A stretch of 64,000 bases of DNA from Candidatus Stahliibacteriota bacterium (GTDB lineage: Bacteria > Hydrothermota > Tepidihabitantia > SM23-42), in the NCBI GenBank assembly GCA_030602565.1, contig JAUVZL010000001.1, forward strand, positions 47,233-111,232. The letters are read 5' to 3'. The position numbers and the translations under genes were made by a program. Below, in pieces: positions 25,961 to 33,638 of this stretch. Within the stretch, counting starts at the first letter, position 1. Every line of letters begins with the position of its first letter. The notes beneath the pieces are model-generated. The model had not been told where the DNA came from and did not search any database. It was given only the letters and a program-made list of their open reading frames with translations.

Positions 25961-26529
25961 GGATTTATTTCTTTCTCAATAATTGATAGAATTTGTTTTA
26001 TTGTTTCTTCAAGTACACGGTTTTCAATAATATATTTATAATCATCTTTATACTTTAATTCTTCAAGTGCTCGCGCAAGTCTATTTTTTATTGCTTCGTT
26101 CTTTTCAGTGTTACGCTTCAAAAGTCTTTTCTCTAACTCTACAAAGTCTGGCGGCACAATAAAAAAATATATACCGTCTGGGTATGATTTCATTAAAATT
26201 TTCGCACCTTTGACATCTACATCCATTAGTACATGATACCCTTTATCTAAATTCTCCTCAAGATATTGTTTAGGAGTTCCATAAAATTTGGCATGGACCA
26301 CAGCATATTCTATAAACAGTCCGTTATCAATCCACTCTTTGAATTCTTTTTCTTGAAGGAAAATGTATTCTCTTCCATTCTTCTCACCCCTCCTTTTAGC
26401 CCTTGAAGTTGCTGAAATAGAATACAAGACATCTGAATGGTTTTCGAGTATTTTTTTGCAAATGGTTGTTTTTCCTACACCAGAAGGTCCCGAAAGAACA
26501 ATTAATCTACCCCGTTTATTCATAGTCAA
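25954..26529 (-). CDS. gmk: guanylate kinase
   Basis: GRLIVLSGPSGVGKTT P-loop. Length 191 aa. It lies downstream of yicC as in many bacteria. Confidence 0.9.
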   Translation of the reverse strand: MTMNKRGRLIVLSGPSGVGKTTICKKILENHSDVLYSISATSRAKRRGEKNGREYIFLQEKEFKEWIDNGLFIEYAVVHAKFYGTPKQYLEENLDKGYHVLMDVDVKGAKILMKSYPDGIYFFIVPPDFVELEKRLLKRNTEKNEAIKNRLARALEELKYKDDYKYIIENRVLEETIKQILSIIEKEINPG

Positions 26530-26537
26530 TTTGTCAT

Positions 26538-27413
26538 TTACTCAATATTCTGCACCTGCTCCCTGATTTTTTCGACCTCTTCTTTAATCTGGACTACAGA
26601 TTTACTTATCTCGAGGGAATTGGCTTTTACACTACAGGTATTGGCTTCGCGTTGAATCTCCTGGAGCAAGAAATTGAGTTTTCTTCCACAGTGTGTCTCT
26701 TTGTCTAAAGCCTCTTTGAATAGAACCAGGTGACTTGCTAATCTCTTGCATTCTTCATTCACATCTGTACGGTCAATAGTGTACAGCAATTCCTGATAGA
26801 ATCTATCCTCGTTCAGTTCTTTGTCGAATTTCTTCCCGATTTCTTCAAGGTGTTCCTTATAATCCTGGTTCCTTTTGGGTATTAGTTTCTCAACTACACG
26901 GATATTCTTTTCAATAACACGGATTGATTTCCTTACCTCCTTTTCGATATTCTCCCCTTCCTTGCGTTTCATTTGAAGAAAACCCTTAAGAGCTTTATTG
27001 AAGATTGGTTTAAACGCATCAAAAACACCCTTAGAATCGGTTGGTGGCTGGTTAAATTTTACCAATCCTTGTACTGATAATATAGTATTGATGTCAAGTT
27101 GTCCACCAACCTTGTGCTCTTTTTCCAGTTTATCAACAACTTTCATATACGCACGAAGCAATGTCTCATCTATTTCAACTGTAGCATCAAGGATTTCTCT
27201 ATCTTGCTGAATAAGTACCACAATGTGTCCCCTGGTTACCTTTTTCTGGATGCACGACCTGATCTTATCCTCAAAAGGCAGTAAAGTACTTGGGCATTTC
27301 ACGGAGATTTCGAGGAAACGATGATTGTATGATTTTATTTCTATATCAAACTTAATTTGCGGCTTTCTTATTATGCCACTTGCACGACCCATTCCAGTCA
27401 TACTGTAGGGCAT
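26538..27413 (-). CDS. yicC: YicC family stress-induced protein (YicC_N + DUF1732)
   Basis: MTGMGRASG...KSYNHRFLEISVKCP matches the YicC N-terminus. Length is 291 aa. Confidence 0.85.
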   Translation of the reverse strand: MPYSMTGMGRASGIIRKPQIKFDIEIKSYNHRFLEISVKCPSTLLPFEDKIRSCIQKKVTRGHIVVLIQQDREILDATVEIDETLLRAYMKVVDKLEKEHKVGGQLDINTILSVQGLVKFNQPPTDSKGVFDAFKPIFNKALKGFLQMKRKEGENIEKEVRKSIRVIEKNIRVVEKLIPKRNQDYKEHLEEIGKKFDKELNEDRFYQELLYTIDRTDVNEECKRLASHLVLFKEALDKETHCGRKLNFLLQEIQREANTCSVKANSLEISKSVVQIKEEVEKIREQVQNIE

Positions 27414-27851
27414 CTATTCCTCCATGATTATTGTTACCGGACCTCTATTTTCTAATGAAACGAGCATTCGTTCGCCAAAGATTCCGCCTTTTGTTGGGAT
27501 ACCTAAGCTATTGAGTGTTGAAATGAAATATTCGTATAGCTTCTTTGCATTTACTGGTCCTTCTGCATCAGTAAAAGAAGGCCTTCTTCCATGCGCTGTA
27601 TCAGCCAATAAAGTAAATTGAGAAACTACAAGTGCGTTACCGTTTACATCCTTAATAGAAAGGTTAAATTTTCCATCACTATCTTCAAATATACGCAAAT
27701 TAGCACACTTTTCAGCCAACTCTTTTGCATGGTTTTCTTTATCGCCCTTTTTAATTCCAATCAGAATCATTAATCCATTTCCAATTTCTGATACTAACTT
27801 ATCTTTCACAGTAACATGTGCTTTTGAAACCCTTTGAATCACTGCTTTCAT
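27414..27851 (-). CDS. dtd: D-aminoacyl-tRNA deacylase
   Basis: MKAVIQRVSKAHVTV...GLMILIGI and the C-terminal SQFTLLAD/GRRPSF motifs are present. Length is 145 aa. Confidence 0.85.
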   Translation of the reverse strand: MKAVIQRVSKAHVTVKDKLVSEIGNGLMILIGIKKGDKENHAKELAEKCANLRIFEDSDGKFNLSIKDVNGNALVVSQFTLLADTAHGRRPSFTDAEGPVNAKKLYEYFISTLNSLGIPTKGGIFGERMLVSLENRGPVTIIMEE

Positions 27852-27990
27852 TGATTAAAGATTCCTTATGCAAAGCCCAAGAGATTCTCTTTTAATTAAG
27901 AGTAGGGCGTTTACGCCCGTTAAGCTGGCTAATGGCCTAGAGCGAATGGCTGATGGAAATGTTGTTAAACATCTTTTTTTTATCATCATA

Positions 27991-28599
27991 TCATTGCTTT
28001 AGTGCATTTAATATCGTCGTGGCAAAATCCGTGGATGCTTTGGGATTTGAACCAGTAATAATATTGCCGCTTATTTCCACATCAGAGCCTGTATAACTTG
28101 CACCGCATTTTTCAATGTCGTTCTTAGATGTTGGATAAACAGTCGCTTTAATATTATTTAATATTACGGCACGGGCAAGGACAACAGGCGCAATACAGAT
28201 TTCCGCAATAGTTTTTTTTGTATAGTTAAAATTTTGTACTATTTTATGGAGTGTTGTATTATCCCAAAGAACCTGACATCCAGTGCCGCCAATAATAATG
28301 AGTGCATCAAAACTGTCTGGTTTCACCTGGTCAATCAAAATATCTGGTTTGACTGTCATCCCGAGCATTCCCTTAGCAGGTACAGTATCTATTGAGGCAA
28401 CAATTACTTTTATCCCTGAATTAGTAAATAAATCATAGGGTTCTTTAAACTCTTCATCACGAAAATCTTTTGGAGCGATCACCATTAAAACTGATTTATC
28501 AATCTGTATTGGTTTTTCTGGGGAAACTACTTGTGTTTGTTCTTCTCCCCCACCACAACATAATACCAAAAGCACTGCTAAAACAAAGACTTTCCTCAT
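27991..28599 (-). CDS. DJ-1/PfpI family protein, lipoprotein
   Basis: The signal peptide plus lipobox reads VLCCGGG. The core VLMVIAPKDFRDEEF...DALIIIGGTG has the DJ-1/PfpI fold pattern. Confidence 0.7.
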   Translation of the reverse strand: MRKVFVLAVLLVLCCGGGEEQTQVVSPEKPIQIDKSVLMVIAPKDFRDEEFKEPYDLFTNSGIKVIVASIDTVPAKGMLGMTVKPDILIDQVKPDSFDALIIIGGTGCQVLWDNTTLHKIVQNFNYTKKTIAEICIAPVVLARAVILNNIKATVYPTSKNDIEKCGASYTGSDVEISGNIITGSNPKASTDFATTILNALKQ

Positions 28600-28607
28600 A
28601 AAAACCC

Positions 28608-28657
28608 CCTAAAATATAAATGCCTAAAAATCCAAAATACCTAAATACCTAAACCTA
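28608..28657. repeat. CCTAAATACCTAAA-family repeat module
   Basis: The sequence reads cctaaaatataaatgcctaaaaatccaaaatacctaaatacctaaacc. Confidence 0.55.
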
Positions 28658-28730
28658 GACACCAAAGATAATTCCCCCTTGCCAAGATTTGCTTTATTAC
28701 CATATGCTATAAGCGATAAGCCATATGCCA

Positions 28731-28757
28731 CCCAGCACTTTTTTCAAAAGTGCTGGG
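28731..28757. terminator. hairpin (CCCAGCACTTTT/AAAAGTGCTGGG) immediately 3' of tRNA-Gly
   Basis: An 11-12 bp perfect stem with a T/A-run inside the stem. A U-tract follows on neither strand, so termination is tentative. Confidence 0.4.
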
Positions 28758-28760
28758 TAA

Positions 28761-28832
28761 AGCGGGAGACGGGATTTGAACCCGCAACCAACGGCTTGGA
28801 AGGCCGTGACTCTACCATTGAGTTACCCCCGC
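28761..28832 (-). tRNA. tRNA-Gly (anticodon TCC)
   Basis: The reverse complement reads GCGGGGG-TA-ACTC-AATGGTA-GAGT-C-ACGGC-CTTCCAA-GCCGT-TGGTT-GCGGG-TTCAAAT-CCCGT-CTCCCGC-T. The discriminator is U and CCA is not encoded. Confidence 0.85.
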
Positions 28833-28911
28833 ACGTATGAGTATTATATTAATCTATCTCAAAAAGTCAATACGAAGTAAGGAGACTTGAGAAAACAGAC
28901 CATGATTTTTA

Positions 28912-28939
28912 TTGACAGACATTATAAATTGGATAAACT
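28912..28939 (+). promoter_or_regulatory. promoter TTGACA-16-TAAACT followed by AGGAGG (SIMPL gene)
   Basis: TTGACA at 28912-28917 and TAAACT at 28934-28939. The architecture is identical to the 29659 promoter, including a spacer ending in gga. Confidence 0.4.
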
Positions 28940-29017
28940 GTCCTGAGGAGGTAAATTACGCCATTACTACTTATTTTATCACTTATTGCTCAGACTGGGA
29001 CAGGAATATATACTACT

Positions 29018-29620
29018 TTGCCTAACATTACAATTGATAAACCTGCCCTGTCAGTTACTGGACAGGGAAAGGCTTTGATCTCAGTCAAGGCAACAGAATA
29101 TAAAATTATTTTGTATGCTGATACCTATGCTGAAAATGCAAAAGAATCAAGAGAAGCTGCTGAATCAATGAGAAAAGCAATAATAAAAGCAACAAAAGAA
29201 CTTGGTGGAAAGGAAAAAGATGTGGTTCTTACTAATCTTGATACACTTGAGCCAATTGAAGAAGATCCGTATTTTCGTGTTGAGCAGGATGTCCAAATCT
29301 GGTTAAAAAATGTTAAAGACATAAATAAAACAAAGGAGAAATATCTGTTAATAGAGGATGTCCAGATTGGCTCAGTTATTCCGGTTATTGGCGAAACGAG
29401 TGATTATGCTCCAGCAATTGTAAAGGCGAGAAAAGATGCAATTAAAAATGCAAAATTGGAGGCAAAGGCATTGGCTTCAGAAATGGATGTTTTGCTTGGA
29501 GAACCAATCTATATAACTGAAGATATTGTATATCCTACTTATACTGGTTATGAAACATCGAATGAATCGGAAATCACAGTATCAGTGACAATATTTTATG
29601 GGATGGTTTACAAGAAATAG
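29018..29620 (+). CDS. SIMPL domain (DUF541/BP26-like) periplasmic protein
   Basis: Length and the pattern LSVTGQGKA...A.......A..A....A...G fit SIMPL. The listed start is TTG 29018. The in-frame upstream stretch from ATT 28955 encodes a hydrophobic signal-like segment directly after GAGGAGG, so the true start is possibly ATT at 28955. Confidence 0.65.
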   Translation: MPNITIDKPALSVTGQGKALISVKATEYKIILYADTYAENAKESREAAESMRKAIIKATKELGGKEKDVVLTNLDTLEPIEEDPYFRVEQDVQIWLKNVKDINKTKEKYLLIEDVQIGSVIPVIGETSDYAPAIVKARKDAIKNAKLEAKALASEMDVLLGEPIYITEDIVYPTYTGYETSNESEITVSVTIFYGMVYKK

Positions 29621-29658
29621 AATTGTTGATAACAAACATTTGACCCCACTCCAAGTTC

Positions 29659-29686
29659 TTGACATTCAATATAAGATGGATAAACT
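29659..29686 (+). promoter_or_regulatory. promoter TTGACA-16-TAAACT followed by AGGAGG (NCS2 permease gene)
   Basis: TTGACA at 29659-29664 and TAAACT at 29681-29686, then gaaaacgAGGAGGacctATG. Confidence 0.4.
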
Positions 29687-29703
29687 GAAAACGAGGAGGA
29701 CCT

Positions 29704-31005
29704 ATGCTCGAAAAAATATTTAAATTACAAGAACATGGGACCAATGTAAAGACAGAGGTCATAGCTGGACTTACAACCTTTATGACAATGGCATATATAA
29801 TAGTTGTAAATCCTGCAATACTTGAGGCTGCTGGTATACCAAAAGGTCCATCCATGGTCGCTACAATTCTCTCAGCCTTTTTTGGAACCCTTCTTATGGG
29901 AGTTTATGCAAAGCGTCCATTTGCCATTGCTCCATATATGGGTGAGAATGCATTTATTGCATATACTGTCGTCAAGATTCTTGGTTATTCCTGGCAAACA
30001 GCACTCGGTGCAATATTTATTGGTGGGGTTCTCTTTACCATTATAACTATCTTAAAACTCAGGTCGTGGCTTGCCAATGCAATTCCTAAAAGCCTGAAAT
30101 ACTCATTTGCCGTTGGAATTGGATTGTTTCTTGCATTCATAGGATTAAATGATGGCGGTATAGTACAAGTAGGCGTGCCTGGTGCTCCAGTGAGGATAGG
30201 AGATATCAGAAGTCAGGCAGTGCTTCTTGCCATCGCAGGTATTCTGATTATAGGCATTCTTATGGTGAAAAAGGTAAAAGGTTCAATCCTGATAGGAATT
30301 CTTGGAACTACCTTTTTAGCCTTTATTTTTGGTATTGCTAAACCTCCAAGCCAATTGGTAAGTCTTCCTCCTTCTCTCTCCCCCATTTTTTTGAAATTGG
30401 ATATTGTAGGCGCATTATCATGGGGGTTTTTTGCAGTAATACTTACAGTTTTTATAATGGATTTTGTGGACACGATGGGCACTCTTATTGGTGTATCTGC
30501 TCGGGCAGGCTTTCTTGATGAAAACGGGAATCTACCTGAAATTAAGAAGCCAATGCTTGCAGATGCTCTTGCCACTATGTTTGGAGCATTGGTTGGAACA
30601 ACTACAGCAGGAACATTTATTGAATCTGCCGCTGGTGTTGAAGAAGGAGGTAGAACAGGTCTTACTGCTGTGGTAACTGCGTTACTATTTCTGATATGCC
30701 TATTTTTTGCTCCTCTTTTTACATCAATTCCTCCACAGGCTTATGGGGCTGCACTTGTTATAGTGGGAATGCTGATGATTTCTGTAGTTACAAAAATTGA
30801 TTTTAAGGATTTCACAGAGTTAATCCCTAGTTTCTTTGTAATAATACTAATGAGCTTCACTTTTAATTTGGGTATTGGGATAACCGCAGGATTTGTGCTT
30901 TATCCTGTATTTAAACTCGTTACTGGAAGGTGGAAAGAGATACATCCTGGGTTATGGGTTCTTTTTGTTCTTTCGGTTCTTTTTTACATATTCTACCCAT
31001 ACTAA
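29704..31005 (+). CDS. NCS2-family nucleobase permease (AzgA/PbuG-type adenine/guanine/hypoxanthine transporter)
   Basis: The N-terminus KLQEHGTNVKTEVIAGLTTFMTMAYIIVVNPAIL is typical of the AzgA subfamily. The protein has 12-14 TM segments. The SD is strong. Confidence 0.85.
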   Translation: MLEKIFKLQEHGTNVKTEVIAGLTTFMTMAYIIVVNPAILEAAGIPKGPSMVATILSAFFGTLLMGVYAKRPFAIAPYMGENAFIAYTVVKILGYSWQTALGAIFIGGVLFTIITILKLRSWLANAIPKSLKYSFAVGIGLFLAFIGLNDGGIVQVGVPGAPVRIGDIRSQAVLLAIAGILIIGILMVKKVKGSILIGILGTTFLAFIFGIAKPPSQLVSLPPSLSPIFLKLDIVGALSWGFFAVILTVFIMDFVDTMGTLIGVSARAGFLDENGNLPEIKKPMLADALATMFGALVGTTTAGTFIESAAGVEEGGRTGLTAVVTALLFLICLFFAPLFTSIPPQAYGAALVIVGMLMISVVTKIDFKDFTELIPSFFVIILMSFTFNLGIGITAGFVLYPVFKLVTGRWKEIHPGLWVLFVLSVLFYIFYPY

Positions 31006-31184
31006 TTTAATATTAAGGATATATTGATCACCGACAATCGCAATGAGTCTATTAGTGCGCTCCTTGATACGTCAAGTAAGACTGCCGAATTCTTAAAAAA
31101 ACATTAAGCAGATAGATAAGCAAAAATCATTTGTATTTATGTTTATTTGGAGTTTGGTACTTGGGATTTGCTAATTAAAAAATA

Positions 31185-31565
31185 ATGCCTATTTTTGTCA
31201 TTCACAAACACCATGCTACGCATTTACACTGGGATCTCAGGCTTGAGATGGATAATGTCTTAAAATCCTGGGCAGTGCCAAAAGAACCGCCAGTAAAACC
31301 GGGGATTAAGAGACTTGCTCTACAAGTAGAAGACCATGCATTAGATTATGCTGATTTTGAAGGAGATATACCTGATGACCAATATGGTGCAGGTAAGGTT
31401 GAAATATGGGATACTGGTGAATATAATTTATTAGAGAGGCATGAAAACCGTATGAAATTTATGCTATTAGGAGATAAGCTTAAAGGAATTTATGTACTTT
31501 ACAAATTTCCAAAAGCAAGTAAGAATGCCTGGTTATTCTTTAAGATAAAAAAGTCAATCTCTTGA
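31185..31565 (+). CDS. stand-alone DNA ligase D 3'-phosphoesterase (LigD-PE) domain protein
   Basis: HKHHATHLHWDLRLE...VLKSWAVPKEP is the signature LigD PE-domain motif. Length is 126 aa. Confidence 0.75.
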   Translation: MPIFVIHKHHATHLHWDLRLEMDNVLKSWAVPKEPPVKPGIKRLALQVEDHALDYADFEGDIPDDQYGAGKVEIWDTGEYNLLERHENRMKFMLLGDKLKGIYVLYKFPKASKNAWLFFKIKKSIS

Positions 31566-31601
31566 CTATTCTCAATATATCAGTATAATAACCAAAGGAG
31601 A

Positions 31602-31895
31602 ATGAGAATGCAAGACGATAAAAAGCACATAGATATCGAACTGAGTGCTGAGCAATCTGAAGGGATCTATGCCAATGGTGTTGGTATTAGCCATACGCCA
31701 TCTGAATTTATCCTTGATTTTATGCGTTTTTTACCAGGTGCTCAGAAAGCCAAGGTCTTTGCAAGAATTATTATGACACCACAAAATGCCCATATCCTGA
31801 AACAGGCTTTGGAGCAGCATTTGCAGAAATACGAGGAACGATTTGGCAAAATTAAAATCTTTGGTAAACCAGCAAAAGAAATCGGTTTTAAGTAA
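31602..31895 (+). CDS. DUF3467 family protein
   Basis: YANGVGISHTPSEFILDFMRFLPGAQKAKVFARIIMTPQNAHIL matches the DUF3467 pattern. An AAGGAGA SD is present. Confidence 0.5.
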   Translation: MRMQDDKKHIDIELSAEQSEGIYANGVGISHTPSEFILDFMRFLPGAQKAKVFARIIMTPQNAHILKQALEQHLQKYEERFGKIKIFGKPAKEIGFK

Positions 31896-32994
31896 AACAA
31901 TCGATTTCTTTGTTAAATCGAAACATCACGCGTATCTAGTAGGCGGATATGTACGAGATACAACGCTCGGCATAGAACCTCGTGATATCGACCTGGTGGT
32001 TGAAGGTGACGCGATAAAGGCGGCCAAGCAGCTAAATGCAAAGTTGAAAGGCAGCCTTGATATACACAAAGAATTCGGTACTGCTTCTATTACCAAAGGA
32101 CAGACAAGGATTGACCTGGCAAGCGCTCGGTTCGAGAAATACGCCTCACCTGCAAAACTACCCCATGTTTATCCATCAACTGTTAATGAGGACCTTAATC
32201 GCCGAGATTTCACGATCAATGCTATAGCTATGTCTATCTCAAATGAAAATTTTGGGGAAATTTTCGATCCCTTTAACGGTTTGGATGATATCAAGAAAGG
32301 TGTAATTCGAGTTCTTCACAAGGAAAGTTTCAATGATGATCCAACACGGATTTTCCGTGCCCTTAGATATAAAAATCGTTTTCGTTTCAAAATAGGCAAA
32401 AGAACAAAATCATTAATGACTGAGGCAATAAATAAACGAATGATCCAATGTTTGAGCGGTCAGAGGATTATCAACGAAATAAGGTTAATCTTCAAGGAAA
32501 AGAACTATGTAGACATTATTAAAGATCTTTCAAATATGACATCACTGAAAATAAGGAAAAAAGACCTGGAACTATTGCCGGTTTTGGGACAAAACCGCAT
32601 GTATTTTTATTTATCCAGGGTCAAATCCGCCAGGTTTCCAATTACAAAGACAGAGAAACTCTTAGTCAAGGATTTTCATAACTTTGGCAAAACAATCGCA
32701 CGCTTGGACAAGGCAACCAAGCACAGTACAATCTTTGCAATTCTCTCGCCTATTTCAACTGAAGCCATCGATATTATACCTGTTGTGCTGCCTAAACTAA
32801 AACAAAAGGTCTGGACATTTAGACAGCTCAAGAAGAGAAAACTTCTGGTAACAGGCAGTGATTTGAAACGACTTGGTTACAAACCCGGGAGGAGATTCAA
32901 AACTCTCCTTAATAGGATGCGCGATTGGCAATTCGATAAAAAAATAAAAAACAGAAAAGAAGCCCTTGAGTATTTGAGAAACATAAAACACTAA
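31843..32994 (+). CDS. tRNA nucleotidyltransferase (CCA-adding enzyme)/poly(A) polymerase family protein
   Basis: The Pol-beta-like head reads HAYLVGGYVRDTTLGIEPRDIDLVV...RRDFTINAIA, followed by the RNA-binding region. The 5' end overlaps the previous ORF by 52 nt, with a possible alternative TTG start at 31861. Confidence 0.8.
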   Translation: MAKLKSLVNQQKKSVLSKTIDFFVKSKHHAYLVGGYVRDTTLGIEPRDIDLVVEGDAIKAAKQLNAKLKGSLDIHKEFGTASITKGQTRIDLASARFEKYASPAKLPHVYPSTVNEDLNRRDFTINAIAMSISNENFGEIFDPFNGLDDIKKGVIRVLHKESFNDDPTRIFRALRYKNRFRFKIGKRTKSLMTEAINKRMIQCLSGQRIINEIRLIFKEKNYVDIIKDLSNMTSLKIRKKDLELLPVLGQNRMYFYLSRVKSARFPITKTEKLLVKDFHNFGKTIARLDKATKHSTIFAILSPISTEAIDIIPVVLPKLKQKVWTFRQLKKRKLLVTGSDLKRLGYKPGRRFKTLLNRMRDWQFDKKIKNRKEALEYLRNIKH

Positions 32995-33626
32995 TGGGAA
33001 ATATTGTTTCCTTTTTGCTCTCTCTGCCGCCGATTCTGTTCGCCTTAACCATCCACGAATACTCTCATGGGTATATGGCACTCCGTATGGGTGACCCGAC
33101 CGCGAAGTTTGCTGGTCGGCTTACCCTTAATCCAATAAAACATATTGACATTATGGGTTTGTTCGCATTTATCATCTTCAGGTTTGGCTGGGCAAAACCC
33201 GTACCGATCAACCCTGGTAATTTCAGAGATTTAAAAAAGGGCATTCTCTACACTTCCTTAGCGGGTCCTCTCTCCAATTTCCTCATCGCAATCCCTTTTG
33301 GTCTAATAGCCAGGGGCATCCCGGTCCAGGTGGATTTTCTTTTGCCCTTACGGATACTGCTTGAATTATTTGTGTTCTACAACCTCATATTCTGTGCTTT
33401 CAATCTTATCCCAATCCCACCCCTTGATGGCTCACACGTTCTCTTTGCCTTGCTCCCGCCCCAATATCGGCACATTGAACTATGGTTAACACGCTACGGT
33501 TTTTTTGTCCTAATCGGACTCATCATGTTTGATAGGATCACTGGCATACCAGTTCTTTGGGGTTGGATTGGACCATTCGTGACTTTTTTCAGTACCCTCT
33601 TTGCTGGCAACTTAATAATCTTATGA
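32994..33626 (+). CDS. site-2 protease (peptidase M50) family membrane protein
   Basis: HEYSHGYMA HExxH zinc motif lies in TM1. A multi-TM protein of 210 aa. Confidence 0.75.
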   Translation: MGNIVSFLLSLPPILFALTIHEYSHGYMALRMGDPTAKFAGRLTLNPIKHIDIMGLFAFIIFRFGWAKPVPINPGNFRDLKKGILYTSLAGPLSNFLIAIPFGLIARGIPVQVDFLLPLRILLELFVFYNLIFCAFNLIPIPPLDGSHVLFALLPPQYRHIELWLTRYGFFVLIGLIMFDRITGIPVLWGWIGPFVTFFSTLFAGNLIIL

Positions 33627-33638
33627 TACGGAGGAGAA

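Noticed and set aside
27852-27990. GGGCGTTTACGCCC hairpin as an intrinsic terminator for the DJ-1 gene
   Set aside because: The stem is perfect, but no U-tract follows on the transcribed strand. It could still be a protein-dependent terminator or RNA stability element.
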